DNA from: Ranitomeya imitator
Lineage: Eukaryota
DNA: 64,000 nt
Assembly: GCF_032444005.1 (NCBI RefSeq)
Contig: NC_091284.1
Location: forward strand, 728,066,001-728,130,000
Direction of reading: 5' to 3'
Shown here: one piece after another, positions 24,814 to 38,314 of the stretch
Layout: the number at the start of each line of letters is the position of its first letter
Numbering within the stretch: the first letter of the stretch is position 1
Notes under the pieces: model-generated
What the model saw: only the letters and a program-made list of their open reading frames with translations
What the model was told of the DNA's origin: nothing
The model's database searches: none
Made by a program: the position numbers and the translations under genes

Positions 24814-25447
24814 CTCCACTCAGATCGTTACTCCATGCCAGCTGTCAATGTTCTTGTACTGGTTCAGTTCGCTCTTGGATCTTTCTGGTGACCTGTCTAC
24901 TCCAGCAGAAGCTAAGTCCCTGCTAGTTAATTATTTGTTCATTGTTTCCTTGTCCAGTTGGCTATCATGATTTTGTCTTGCTAGCTGGAAGCTCTGGGAT
25001 GCAGAGTGGCACCTCCGCACCGTGAGTCGGTGCGGAGGTCTTTTTGCACACTCTGCGTGGTCTTTTGTAGTTTTTTGTGCTGACCGCAAAGATACCTTTC
25101 CTATCCTCAGTCTGTTTAGTAAGTCTGGCCTCCCTTTGCTGAAACCTGTTTCATTTCTGTGTTTGTGACTTTCATCTTTACTCACAGTCAATATATGTGG
25201 GGGGCTGCCTTTTCCTTTGGGGAATTTCTCTGAGGCAAGGTAGGCTTTATTTTCTATCTTTAGGGCTAGTTAGCTCTTAGGCTGTGAAGAGGCGTCTAGG
25301 TTGTGTTAGGTACGCTCCACGGCTATTTCTAGTTGTGTGATAGGATTAGGGGTTGCGGTCAGCAGAGCTCCCACTTCCCAGAGCTTGTCCTGTGTGTGTT
25401 TAACCATCAGGTCGTTCCGGGTGCTCCTAACCACCAGGTCCATAACA
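24654..25447 (+). repeat. 3' LTR (794 bp)
   Basis: Nine substitutions versus the 5' LTR, counted by eye. Confidence 0.95.
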
Positions 25448-26773
25448 GTATGCCCCCTACAATTAATAAATATGTTAAAAAGAAGAGGGCCCAATACTGA
25501 CCCCTGTGGTACCCCACTGCTAACCGCGACCCAGTCCAAGTGTGCTCTATTAATAACCACCCTTTGTTTCCTATCCCTGAGCCAGCTCTTAACCCACTTA
25601 CACATATTTTCCCCTATCCCCATTATTCTCATTTTATACATCAACCTTTTGTGTGGCACCGTATCAAAGGTTTTTGAAAAGTCCATATACACTACGTCCA
25701 CTGGGTTCCCTTGGTCGAGTCCGGAACTTACCTCTTCATAGAAATTGATCAGATTAGTCTGACAGGAACGGTCTCTAGTAAACCCGTGCTGATACTGGGT
25801 CATGAGGTTATTCCTCTTCAGATACTCCAGTATAGCATCCCTTAGAATGCCCTCCAGGATTTTACCCACAGTAGAGGTTAAGCTTACTGGCCTATAATTA
25901 CCGAGTTCAGTTTTTGTCCCCTTTTTGAATATTGGCACCACATTTGCTATACGCCAGTCCTGTGGTACAGACCCTGTCATTATGGAGTCTTTGAAGATTA
26001 TAAATAATGGTACTTAATGTACTTAATTCCTGCAGTACTCGGGGGTGTATCCCATCCGGGCCCGGAGATTTGTCAATTTTAGTGATTTTTAGATGCTGCC
26101 GTACTTCCTGCTGGGTTAAGCAGGTGACACTTAATGTGGAATTTTTGTTATCACTGATCATATTGTCTGCCATGGAATTTTCTTGTGTAAATACTGATGA
26201 AAAAAAGTCATTTAGCATATTGGCTTTTTCCTCATCCTCATCCACCATTTCACCCAGACTATTTTTAAGGGGGCCAACCCTATCATTTTTTAGTTTCTTA
26301 CTATTTACGTAGTTAAAGAATATTTTGGGATTTTTTTTACTCTCTCTGGCAATGAGTCTCTCTGTCTCAATCTTTGCTGCCTTGATTTGCTTTTTACCGA
26401 ATTTATTAGTCCTCCTAATACAACAGTTTTGGATCACCTTTATTCTACATTGTATTGTTCCTATGTTTTTTTTTTCTAGAAGTTTTTGAAATAGGCCGGT
26501 GTCACATGGCACCATATATTACGTGACATAGAGGATCGCATTGTCCATTCTAACATTGGATCTAATGATTGTCTATAGGGTCTCATTGTGACCTGCTACC
26601 AATCACAATTACAAGCTATGGTTGCAAGTTCAATCATGTTAGACATTTGGTCACATGTCACACTGTATTAAAAGTGTAACCATCTCTTTAATTTTTATTT
26701 CATAAATCAATATTACAAGTTGTTACTCTCGCGCTCGGACTTTTTAGCATGAGCATGGATCAATTTCCCACTG

Positions 26774-28606
26774 TGTCACAGACTAGACTACCCCAAAAGA
26801 AAATGACTAAGCAGCTACCTTGGTCTTGACTGGAGCCTCTAGTGGTGAAGTCAGGCTTGTGCTGCAGGTAGCTGCCGGGTACCACGCCAGGGCAGCGTCC
26901 GGCAGAAGCAGCTGAGCCCCAAGGGGACAGGACACTGTAACAACAGGTGCAGGAAGGTATTGTAGGCATACGCTCTGGCTCAGCTGATACATAGACAGGG
27001 AATTACTGTCAGCCATGGCTGGTATGCAGGCAGGCACTGGCCGATATGGGTGATGTACAGGCAGGCAGGTCAGTTCAGGGGGGTACGGCTGGTACACTGG
27101 CGGGCTGGTTGGCATGGCTGATACACTGGCAGAGGTAGGACCCAGTTCAGACTGAACAGACAAGGAAAGTTGCAGGAAGGACTGGGACACACACACGCAC
27201 GTATAACTGGAATACAGGAACGGGTAGGACCCAATCAGGCAAGGAACAGTTTCAGGAAGGACTGGAACACAGGCAGGTATGACTGGAATACACAAACGAC
27301 GAACAGGTAGGACCCAGTTCAGACAAAAAACAATTTCAGGATGGACTGGAACACCGGCAGGTACGACTGGAATACAGGAATGGGCAAGACCCAGTTCAAA
27401 CTACAGACATGGCAAAGCAGCAAACCACAGACCCAGCTAAGCAGCGAACTGCAGACCTGGCCAAGCAGTGAACCGCAGATGCGCACAGTCAGCAAACAGG
27501 GGACATGGACAGGCAGCAAACCGCACACGCGCACAGGCAGAGAACCGCAGATGTGGACAGGCAGGGAACCACAGATGCAGACAGGCAGGAAACTGCAGAA
27601 ACGGATAGGCAGGGAACCACAGATGCAGACAGGCAGGGAACCACAGGCGCAGACATGCGAGACAGGACACCATTCACATGGAATGAACAGGATCAGGTAA
27701 GCACGGGACAATTACAAAGACAAGTACACACAGGGAAGACAAGATGAAGTTCACACATGACCAAAACAAGTACCGGTGTACGCAGGACAGACAGGACCAG
27801 ATTCATACAGGGTACTACAATGAACTAGCAAGTGTACACACAGATCACTAATGTTGCACAGAGACAACAGAATAGGGATAGGTACTGGATCAAATTCTGC
27901 AGGTTATAAAGATATGTACTGGTTCAGACACAGCAGTTAAGTGATAGGTACAGGTTCAGACACTGCAGGTTTTAAAGATAGGGAGTTTCAGACACTGCAG
28001 GTATAGCGATAGGTACTGGTTCAGACACTGCAGCTTTAGGGATAGGTGCAGGTACAGACACAGCAGGTTTAGGGATAGGTACAGGTACAGACACAGCAGG
28101 TTTAGGGATAGGTACAGGTAAAGACACAGCAGGTTTAGGGATAGGTACAGGTACAGACACAGCAGGTTTAGGGAAAGATCCAGCATTGAGTACAAACAGG
28201 TTCAGGGATTGGTCCAAATTTAGTCAGGAACAGACACAGGTACAATGTTCAGGGTTGAGGCCTGAGTATTCAGCCACCAAGGTGACAGAAACAGGAAACA
28301 GGAAAGATCAGATACAGGTACAGATTCAGGGTTCTAGCCTGGGTATACAGACCCAGGGAAACAGGTACAAGCAAGATCAGAAACAGGACAGGGCCTGGCA
28401 ATTCAGTAGTTGCACACACACTGAAAGAGCATGTTTCTCAAGCACCTTCCAACAGGTGGAGGTGCCTTAAGTACCAATTGTCTCTCAGCAATAGGTTGGG
28501 GACACATTTGGAGCGCACACACTCTCTCTTTAAGAATCAGGAAGTTCCCACTCAGGTGCCCTAAGCATGCAGCCAGGAACGTAACTTTGTAATATATCTG
28601 ATCACA
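26774..28606 (-). mobile_element. Probable solo LTR (about 1.8 kb) with internal minisatellites
   Basis: On the - strand it starts TGTGATCAGA and ends GTCTGTGACA, and has no coding domain. Tandem units of about 24 bp (27470-27660) and about 30 bp (27935-28180). No TSD resolved. Confidence 0.55.
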
Positions 28607-28611
28607 GAAAT

Positions 28612-31114
28612 CTGCAACCCATAATGAGGTCCTGGTTATGGGGGACTTTAACTACCCGGATATTAACTGGGAAACAGAAACCTGTGAAACCCATAAAGGC
28701 AACAGGTTTCTGCTAATAACCAAGAAAAATTATCTTTCACAATTGGTGCAGAATCCAACCAGAGGAGCAGCACTTTTAGACCTAATACTATCTAATAGAC
28801 CTGACAGAATAACAAATCTGCAGGTGGTCGGGCATCTAGGAAATAGCGACCACAATATTGTACAGTTTCACCTGTCTTTCACTAGGGGGACTTGTCAGGG
28901 AGTCACAAAAACACTGAACTTTAGGAAGGCAAAGTTTGACCAGCTTAGAGATGCCCTTAATCTGGTAGACTGGGACAATATCCTCAGAAATAAGAATACA
29001 GATATTAAATGGAAAATGTTTAAGAACATCCTAAATAGGCACTGTAAGCGGTTTATACCTTGTGGGAATAAAAGGACTAGAAATAGGAAAAACCCAATGT
29101 GGCTAAACAAAGAAGTAAGACAGGCAATTAACAGTAAAAAGAAAGCATTTGTACTACTAAAGCAGGATGGCACCATTGAAGCTCTAAAAAACTATAGGGA
29201 GAAAAATACTTTATCTAAAAAACTAATTAAAGCTGCCAAAAAGGAAACAGAGAAGCACATTGCTAAGGAGAGTAAAACTAATCCCAAACTGTTCTTCAAC
29301 TATATCAATAGTAAAAGAATAAAAACTGAAAATGTAGGCCCCGTAAAAAATAGTGAGGAAAGAATGGTTGTAGATGACGAGGAAAAAGCTAACATATTAA
29401 ACACCTTCTTCTCCACGGTATTCACGGCGGAAAATGAAATGCTAGGTGAAATCCCAAGAAACAATGAAAACCCTATATTAAGGGTCACCAATCTAACCCA
29501 AGAAGAGGTGCGAAACCGGCTAAATAAGATCAAAATAGATAAATCTCCGGGTCCGGATGGCATACACCCACGAGTACTAAGAGAACTAAGTAATGTAATA
29601 GATAAACCATTATTTCTTATTTTTAGGGACTCTATAGCGACGGGGTCTGTTCCGCAGGACTGGCGCATAGCAAATGTGGTGCCAATATTCAAAAAGGGCT
29701 CCAAAAGTGAACCCGGAAATTATAGGCCAGTAAGTCTAACCTCTATTGTTGGTAAAATAGGGTTTCTGAGGGATGTTATTCTGGATTATCTCAATGAGAA
29801 TAACTGTTTAACTCCATATCAGCATGGGTTTATGAGAAATCGCTCCTGTCAAACCAATCTAATCAGTTTTTATGAAGAGGTAAGCTATAGGCTGGACAAC
29901 GGTGAGTCATTGGACGTGGTATATCTCGATTTTTCCAAAGCGTTTGATACCGTGCCGCACAAGAGGTTGGTACACAAAATGAGAATGCTTGGTCTGGGGG
30001 AAAATGTATGTAAATGGGTTAGTAACTGGCTTAGTGATAGAAAGCAGAGGGTGGTTATAAATGGTATAGTCTCTAACTGGGTCGCTCTGACCAGTGGGGT
30101 ACCGCAGGGGTCGGTATTGGGACCTGTTCTCTTCAACATATTCATTAATGATCTGGTAGAAGGTTTACACAGTAAAATATCGATATTTGCAGATGATACA
30201 AAACTATGTAAAGCAGTTAATACAAGAGAAGATAGTATTCTGCTACAGATGGATCTGGATAGGTTGGAAACTTGGGCTGAAAGGTGGCAGATGAGGTTTA
30301 ACAATGATAAATGTAAGGTTATACACATGGGAAGAAGGAATCAATATCACCATTACACACTGAACGGGAAACCACTGGGCAAATCTGACAGGGAGAAGGA
30401 CTTGGGGATCCTAGTTAATGATAAACTTACCTGGAGCAGCCAGTGCCAGGCAGCAGCTGCCAAGGCAAACAGGACCATGGGGTGCATTAAAAGAGGTCTG
30501 GATACACATGATGAGAGCATTATACTGCCTCTGTACAAATCCCTAGTTAGACCGCACATGGAGTACTGTGTCCAGTTTTGGGCACCGGTGCTCAGGAAGG
30601 ATATAATGGAACTAGAGAGAGTACAAAGGAGGGCAACAAAATTAATAAAGGGGATGGGAGAACTACAATACCTAGATAGATTAGCGAAATTAGGATTATT
30701 TAGTCTAGAAAAAAGACGACTGAGGGGCGATCTAATAACCATGTATAAGTATATAAGGGGACAATACAAATATCTCGCTGAGGATTTGTTTATACCAAGG
30801 AAGGTGACGGGCACAAGGGGGCATTCTTTGCGTCTGGAGGAGAGAAGGTTTTTCCACCAACATAGAAGAGGATTCTTTACTGTTAGGGCAGTGAGAATCT
30901 GGAATTGCTTGCCTGAGGAGGTGGTAATGGCGAACTCAGTCGAGGGGTTCAAGAGAGGCCTGGATGTCTTCCTGGAGCAGAACAATATTGTATCATACAA
31001 TTATTAGGCTCTGTAGAAGGACGTAAATCTGGGGATTTATTATGATGGAATATAGGCTGAACTGGATGGACAAATGTCTTTTTTCGGCCTTACTAACTAT
31101 GTTACTATGTTACT
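28612..31114 (+). mobile_element. CR1 family A, 5'-truncated within the endonuclease; ORF open to the stop at 31007
   Basis: ORF 28638..31007 (GDFN, SDH, YLDFSKAFD, FADD); in-frame 6-bp deletion near 29759; (CTATGTTA)n tail. Confidence 0.95.
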
Positions 31115-31521
31115 CCTGGACTGATCATTTATTCTAAAAATTCTCAATTCACAGGAAAAACCTGTATTCAGTGAAGAGAGATTTTCCTACTACTGAGATA
31201 GGAGATGGCGGTTGCTACTGATAAGATTCCATGTAGAACTAGGAAGGAGGGAGGAGCTAGAGACAGAGCTCCTCCTTCTCCCGTCTACATAGAATCTTAT
31301 CTGTAGCAGCCGCTATCTCCTATCTCAGTAATGGGAGAGTCTATCTTCAATAAATCTGGATATTACCTCAGAATTGAGAATTTTGAAAATGAATGATGAG
31401 TCCTGATGGAGATTTCTATGAAAAGATACATTACAAAGTTTCTTATTTTGAAGTATACAATTGATTAGTAAAATTAAAATGATGGCTACCCTTTATGTTA
31501 CAAACCATAATCGTTCTTTAA

Positions 31522-31886
31522 GGCTATGTGCACACGTTCTGGATTTTTTGCGGTTTTTCTTGTTTTTTCGACGGTTTTCTGCTGCAAAAACGCTTACATT
31601 AAGCATCCCATCAATTTTAATGAATTTCGCAATTTTTGTGTCCATGTTTCCGCAAAAAAAAACACAGCATGTTCATTAATTTTGTGGATTTTTTGCGTGT
31701 TTGCCACTATATTATTGTATTGGGAACCTCCGGAAAAATCTACGAAAAATACACCAAAAATATGCACAAAAAATGAGAAAAAAACATGCAAAAAACGCGA
31801 AAAAAACGCAAGCGGATTTCCAGTGAAAGTAGTCCGGATTTGCTCAGGAAAATTCTGCAAACTTTCCTGAACATGTGCACATAGCC
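31522..31886. mobile_element. Harbinger-like MITE (GGCTATGTGCACA TIR)
   Basis: Terminal inverted repeat GGCTATGTGCAC..GTGCACATAGCC; flanks TAA/TCA. Confidence 0.65.
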
Positions 31887-32116
31887 TCAAGCTCTTACTG
31901 GCTGTTATAAGCTTCCTACAAGAAGATGCACATTTCAAGCATCCATAGTTCATTTTCTGAAGTGTTCACAGAAATTTCTATCTGCTACACCACAGACTGC
32001 CTCTCTATACTGCACAGTCTTGTTTTAGGTCTAGTTTGACAACAGAAAGTATGACAATGCTACAACGTGCAGGAAGAAGAAAGATTGTAAATTGTCTGGT
32101 ATCTGTGTAAGACTTA

Positions 32117-32835
32117 AGGCCCCTTCACATTAAGCGACGCTGCAGCGATACCGACAACGATCCGGATCGCTGCAGCGTCGCTGTTTGGTCGCTGGAGAGC
32201 TGTCACACAGACAGCTCTCCAGCGACCAACGATGCCGGTAACCAGGGTAAACATCGGGTAACTAAGCGCAGGGCCGCGCTTAGTAACGCGATGTTTACCC
32301 TGGATACCATGCTAAAAGTAAAAAAAAACAAACACTAGATACTTACCTACCGCTGTCTGTCCTCTAGCGCTGCGCTCTGCACTCCTCCTGTACTGTCTGT
32401 GAGCCGGAAAGCAGAGCGGTGACGTCACCGCTCTGCTTTCCGGCTCACAGACAGTACAGGAGGAGTGCAGAGCACAGCGCTGGAGGCCAGACAGCGGTAG
32501 GTAAGTATCTAGTGTTTGTTTTTTTTTTACTTTTAGCATGGTAACCAGGGTAAACATCGGGTTACTAAGCGCGGCCCTGCGCTTAGTTACCCGATGTTTA
32601 CCCTGGTTACCAGTGAAGACATCGCTGGATCGGTGTCACACACGCCGATCCAGCGATGTCTCCAGGGAGTCCAGCGACGAAATAAAGTTCTGGACTTTGT
32701 TCAGCGACCAACGATCTCCCAGCAGGGGCCTGATCGTTGGTCGCTGTCACACAGAACGATTTCATTAACGATATCGTTGCTACGTCACAAATAGCAACGA
32801 TATCGTTAACAATATCGTTATGTGTGAAGGTACCT
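32117..32835. mobile_element. Harbinger-like MITE, copy 4 (inverted relative to copy 2)
   Basis: TTA|AGGCCCC..GGTACCT|TTA. Confidence 0.85.
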
Positions 32836-33483
32836 TTACAGACACAAGGGAGGGATTCACAGCGACACACATTGACCCGTGTGACTACTGTACAAACGGA
32901 TTCTTCACTAGCAGTGAGTACCTGCAGTGACATTAAATAGAGCTGACGAAGGCATCTAGTGTGGTGTGCTCTACTGACAACGTGTCAAACCAATCCTGGA
33001 GGACTAAGTTGAATCTTTATCTGACCAGGAAGGAACACGGGGTACTGCACCATAGTGAGGGATATTTAACAGAAAGCCTGCCAAATAACATGTCTGACTG
33101 AATGTAATGCAGAGCTGGTGTGTTGCCAATAAAAGGGAGGCGTTAATCGGCCAAATCCTTCCCTTATCCCCTTATGCTAGGGCAGCAGTTCAAAGCAGCT
33201 TTTAAAAGAGCATGAACGAGACAATTAAAACAGCACTCTCGGAATGGTATTTTGGAGAAAAATAAGTAAAATCAGGTAATGAAGCAAATTACAAAGATTC
33301 ATCACTTTGCAAATGTTAATTACGGTAATAATTAAATTTAAAAAATACACTTTACCTACTCTTGAAGCCTAGTGGTAGACTTTACAGTGAGATGTCTCAC
33401 TTTGAGCAGGCTTACAGGTAATGAGGTAATATTACAGCCTCCATGGCAGGATTATTCTTGGTATATTGGGACGTGAGGTATAT

Positions 33484-34279
33484 TGTTGTGAATTCCGCTC
33501 TTGGGCTCCCTCCGGTGGTTGTAAGTGGCACTTTTGTGAGTTCTGCTCTTGGGCTCCCTCTTGTGGTTTTAAGTGGTATGGCTGCTCCTTGGAGTTAGCT
33601 GTCATCAGCTGCCTCCACTCATCTTCTCTTCTGCTCGGCTATTTAGGTCTGGCTGTTCCTTCAGCCAGTGCCACTTGTAAATGGTTTCTAGTTGGATTCA
33701 CATCTCTTTGGATTTCCCTGTTTTCCTGACCAGTTCAGCAAAGCTAAGTTCTTACTTGCTCTGTTCTGTTTACAGATTGTGGACTTATCCGTTCAGTGCT
33801 TTCTATGTTTGTCCAGCTTATCAGTATGAATTAATTATGTCTTGCTGGAAGCTCTGGGAAGCAGATTTACCCTCCACACCTTTAGTCAGGTGTGGAGATT
33901 TTTTGTAAACTCTGCGTGGATTTTTGTAGTGTTTTATACTGACCGCACAGTATTCCATCCTGTCCTATCTATCAAGCTAGACTGGCCTCCTGTGCTCATC
34001 CTGGTTTCATTCTGTGTATGTCTTTTCCCTCTCCACTCACAGTCCTTATTTGTGGGGGGCTAATCTATCATTTGGGGATTTTCTCTGAGGTAAGATAGTT
34101 TTCCTGCTTCTGTCTTTAGGGGTAGTTAGCTCTTAGGCTGTGACGAGATGCATAGGGAGAGTTAGGAGCATCCCACGGCTGCTTCTAGTGTTGTGTTGAG
34201 CTTAGGGACTGCGGTCAGTACAGTTACCACTTCCTTCAGAGCTCGTTCCATGTTGCTCCTAAACCACCGCGTCATAACA
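33484..34279 (+). mobile_element. Solo LTR, second Gypsy family
   Basis: TGTTGTGAATTCC..CATAACA; GTATAT on both sides. Confidence 0.9.
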
Positions 34280-34376
34280 GTATATAATCTTAGCTCTATT
34301 TAGATAATCCTGGCACAATACTCTACTACAGTAGGTTCACCAGATCATTTCTCTAAGTATTAAATCTCTATTGCAG

Positions 34377-34535
34377 GATCACATTGGCTGGAGGAATGTT
34401 ACTCGATTGTTAGTTTTTGCATCTGATGACGTCTTTCACATGGCAGGGGATGGAAAATTAGCTGGCATCTACATCCCTGCTGATGGGCGCTGTCACCTAA
34501 ACGAGAATGGAGAGTATCACCACAGTAATATGTTT
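34377..34535 (+). CDS. ITGB7: Integrin beta-7 exon: [46 protein letters not shown]
   Basis: ttgcag| acceptor and |gtgag donor; 159 bp, phase 0 to 0. Confidence 0.95.
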
Positions 34536-34630
34536 GTGAGTAATGATGAATATGACGTTTCCAGCCCTCAATGTGACAACTACAGTCTCTGAATTGAAGA
34601 AACATTCTATTCTTCTTGCGTCTTGCACAG

Positions 34631-34726
34631 GATTACCCATCGGTGGGACATCTCTCCCAGATCCTTACAGCAGCCAACATACAGCCTATATTTGCTGTCA
34701 CAAGTAATGTCCTTCCCACATATCAG
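34631..34726 (+). CDS. ITGB7: Integrin beta-7 exon: DYPSVGHLSQILTAANIQPIFAVTSNVLPTYQ
   Basis: gcacag| acceptor and |gtgtgt donor; 96 bp, phase 0 to 0; preceded by a 95-bp intron. Confidence 0.95.
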
Positions 34727-35525
34727 GTGTGTAGACTTCTATGTAAGAAGAGAAAATGAGCTTCACAGTCACTGAGACGTTCCAGATGAGGTAGTCAGTG
34801 GAGCTATAATGGAGGTCAATAGTGTTGTAAGTAGGGCCTAACATATTCGGTAGATTACGCTAAATTGGCAGACTCATACTTCCCAACATCTAGATTGATA
34901 AAATAGCAAAAACGTCTCACCACAAAGGACTTCCCCAAGTATAACCAAAACAAAATGGGCTTGTCTACCTTTGGGCAAGGTTTATGTACATGCCAGCATT
35001 TTTCAGACTGGGACATGCCCAAATTTGGCAAAATATTTCATAAAATTTGGAACAGTTTCAACAAATTTTGGACAGTTGGAAGTGTACAAATGTTGTTAAT
35101 ATTTACACCTAAAGGATAAATGATAACTTCTACATTGGTGGGGGGCCGACCACACAGACCCCCCAGTGCGCCAGAAGCTCCACTCATTCTACCTGGGACT
35201 GGTGAAGACAGTTGATTATCTCTAACAGTCCTACTGAGAATGAATGCAGCATCAGTCACTGCTACTGCATTCAAACAAAGGAGAAAAGCCCCATTAGCTG
35301 GCGACATTTTTCCTGTGAAAAGTTTAATCATAACATCACAGAGTGGTCACAAATGACATATTTTGCATGCATATATACGTGGGGCAATATGCGGTGCTCT
35401 GACTGCTAGGGTCTTGACATGTGCGCTAATATTCATACATATGTACATATATAATATTCAGTATAATTAAAATATGGTGTGCTTTCTTAAATGACTGTAC
35501 GGCTGTTTCTTGTTTGTTTTTTTAG

Positions 35526-35615
35526 GGACTAAGTGAGCTCATTCCGAAATCTGCAGTGGGTGAATTAAAGGAAGATTCCAGCAATGTGGTTAATCTAATT
35601 TCCCAAGCGTATAAT
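35526..35615 (+). CDS. ITGB7: Integrin beta-7 exon: [30 protein letters not shown]
   Basis: ttttag| acceptor and |gtgag donor; 90 bp, phase 0 to 0. Confidence 0.95.
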
Positions 35616-35705
35616 GTGAGTATTCATGGTTTCTTAGTTTTTAAGGCTGAAGGTAGATATAAGTATATGGAGTTCAACCTGTAGAATAACATTTAGAAAT
35701 ATAAG

Positions 35706-35915
35706 AGTGAAAACAATGCCGACCATAAAGTCCATAAATAAAATACAAGAATAGTTAAAAACAATATAACTTTAATATAGAGTCAAAGACAGTAAAAAGT
35801 GCGTATCCAGTGAAACCTTTTTTACCCACTTTTTTACTGTCCTTGACACTAACTAAAGGCTATATACTTTTTAACTGTTTAATTTAGACTTCATGGTGGG
35901 CATTTTTTTTTCACG
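35706..35915. repeat. Degenerate AT-rich fold-back (inverted repeat)
   Basis: GTGAAAACAATGCCGACCATAAAGTC..GACAGTAAAAAGTG versus CACTTTTTTACTGTC..GACTTCATGGTGGGCATT..TTCAC. Confidence 0.6.
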
Positions 35916-36179
35916 TTTATAGGTCTAATTTTTTTATATGCTGATCTGTCTATCTGGCATTTTATTGTCTATAAACACCTTCACAACTTTTGATTTACAA
36001 GTACGCTGAGCCCACATTTTTCTCCACATATTATGGCTGATTTAATCAGCCATCATGTGCCTTTAACAGCCGCGGGTGGAGCAGAGCTCCGCCCGCCGCT
36101 GTTAACCTGTTAAATCCCATCGTTCTCACTACATTCAGGGAGCCCGTGACGTGATCGCTAGGCGCTGTTGGGCTTTTAT

Positions 36180-36439
36180 TAGGGATGAGCGAGTGTACTC
36201 GTTGCTCGGGTGGTCTCCGAGTATTTGTAAGTGCTCGGAGATTTAGTTTTCATCACGGCAGCTGAATGATTTACAGCTACTGCCCAGCTTGAATACATGT
36301 GGGGATTCCCTAGCAACCAGGTAACCCCCACATGTACTCAGCCTGGCTAGTAGCTGTAAATCATTCACTAACAAATAGTCGGAGAACACCCGAGCGTGCT
36401 CGGGAAAATACGAGCAACGAGTACACTCACTCATCACTA
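36180..36439. mobile_element. hAT-like palindromic MITE
   Basis: TAGGGATGAGCGAGTGTACTCGTTGCTCG..CGAGCAACGAGTACACTCACTCATCACTA; 8-bp flanks match at 6 of 8 positions. Confidence 0.65.
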
Positions 36440-36704
36440 GCTGTCATGTCATCTGGGGGTCTGTTTATAACTTCATTCATTTAATTACGATCCTCCTGTG
36501 AAAGTCAGCCCATGGCTGGCGTTCATAGCAGATCGTAATTTTCTCAATACATACGAGAGCTGAAGCACTGCTACGTATAGTTCCAATAACTTGTAATATT
36601 ATATCTTTCAAGAAAGTAAATCAATTTTTCGAAATGTGAACATTTATAGCTGAATGTCCAATAATGAGTTTATGTATCTTACCTAATGCTTTCTATCTTT
36701 TCAG

Positions 36705-36842
36705 AATTTGTCATCCACAGTGAACTTGGAACATGTAAATTTACCAAAAGGAATTCACATCTCTTATTCTTCCAATTGTCCTGACGCTACTAAGAAAGAA
36801 CAGCCATATGGTCTGTGCTCAGGGGTCAAAATTAACCAAATG
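36705..36842 (+). CDS. ITGB7: Integrin beta-7 exon (hybrid): NLSSTVNLEHVNLPKGIHISYSSNC..CSGVKINQM
   Basis: tttcag| acceptor and |gtatgg donor; 138 bp, phase 0 to 0. Confidence 0.92.
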
Positions 36843-36964
36843 GTATGGAAACATACGCTATACTGTATATTAAGTATATAAAAGTATAGACCAAAATTCA
36901 AAGTAGAACATTGGGGGAAAGAGAAAGTATCACCATGCAAAATGAAAGTAATTAGTTTTCTTAA

Positions 36965-37310
36965 AGGGGTATTCCCATCTCCAACATCCTATACCAATAT
37001 GTTGTAGGTGTAATAATAATAATAATATTAGCAAAACTTCCAATTAGCAATGTAATATAGTTTTTATGACTCGCTATGTCTCTTTCCTCATGTGCAGGCA
37101 TTGCAGGACCTTAGGTATCCATGCCTACGTATCACTATATCAGTGGTCGTAACCATGGATACCTAAGGTCCTGCAATGCCTGCACATGAGGAAAGAGACA
37201 TAGCAAATCAGAAAGACTATACTACATTTCAAATTGGTGGTGTTTGTTAAAAATATTAATATTACACCTACTACATATTGGGATGGGATCTTGGAGATGG
37301 GAATAATCCT
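36965..37310. mobile_element. T2/Kolobok-like hairpin MITE, 346 bp
   Basis: TTAA|AGGGGTATTCCCATCTCCAA..TTGGAGATGGGAATAATCCT|TTAA; the element is self-complementary. Confidence 0.8.
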
Positions 37311-38314
37311 TTAAGTCTCATCATTCCCTCATGGTTAACAACAAGCCAAAAGCATCCACCTTTCACCTGTCTGTGTTCAGCGACTTTTTCTGCTACCTCC
37401 CATTTCCAAAATCGCTGTTACTAGTGCCTGTAGTAGCCAATATTGTGCCCTTGCCTCCTTTAGTTTTTTGCCACAAGTAGTAATAAATGGATAGCAGGGT
37501 GTTTCCTGCACATGGAATACCACTATCGGGGCTCTATGACAATATCAGAAAGGATGGCAAAGGGAAACTGTGTAAGAGCCAAAACAACAAAAGGTTTCCA
37601 TATTTTTATGTTACACTTAGAACTTGTCTAAAATTGTAATTTCTACACACATACAGTCAAGACTGCCACCAGGAATTTCAGGGCCCCATACTATCAAAAT
37701 TTTCAGGCCCCCCTGAAAATCTGCCCAAGCTCCACCTCAGCTCAGCCTGCACCCCTTGAACCTTCCACAGTCCCACCACCCACTCTTGGAAAACTCCACA
37801 TCTGCACCACATCCTCACCAATCACACATTAAAAGTTCCCATTGAACACCATATCACATACATAGCCATCAACTTTTGTTTTGATCAAAAGATTTTTTAA
37901 GCCTGCTATCACTACAAAGGTTGACTCTTTAGGCAGGGCCCTACTCTATTTTAAACTATTAAACATTTCTTTAAATACCAAATACTCTTTTTAGGTATAT
38001 TTCTATTTTTTTTTAAGGGAATGTGTCACATACATATTTTTAAATAACCAATAATACCACATACAAGAGACAAATACAGCCCCACAATGACCAGACCACA
38101 AATTTCCATCATATAGTGACCAAATAATACCAAATACAAGAGAGAAATACCACCACACCATGACCAGACCACATATTGTCACCACATAGACAGAATACCA
38201 CATAGAAGGAACAAATACCACCACACCATGATCAGACCACATATTGCCCCCACACAGTGACCAAATAATCCAACATACAAATACTACCACACTATGACCA
38301 GACCACATATTACA

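Larger units (their letters stand above)
19668..25447 (+). mobile_element. Full-length Ty3/Gypsy chromovirus (Tf1/sushi-like)
   Basis: Two 794-bp TG..CA LTRs, a G-rich PPT before 24654, a GTATGC TSD, and gag-PR-RT-RH-IN-chromodomain order. Confidence 0.97.
19288..26407 (-). mobile_element. CR1 family B fragment split by the Gypsy element (pieces 19288-19667 and 25448-26407)
   Basis: Both pieces are collinear with 9387-11811 and rejoin across the GTATGC duplication. Confidence 0.9.
26672..31490. mobile_element. T2/Kolobok-like palindromic MITE split by the solo LTR and CR1 (pieces about 26672-26773 and 31115-31490)
   Basis: The left piece is roughly complementary to 31440-31490; a hairpin is centred near 31262; a similar sequence starts at 4078. 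Confidence 0.5.

Noticed and set aside
27319-28217. Repetitive ORFs on both strands
   Set aside because: They derive from minisatellites inside the putative solo LTR.
29300-31000. Long antisense ORFs over CR1 (repeated at 61250-62956)
   Set aside because: These are shadow frames of the RT gene, and their recurrence only reflects copy identity.
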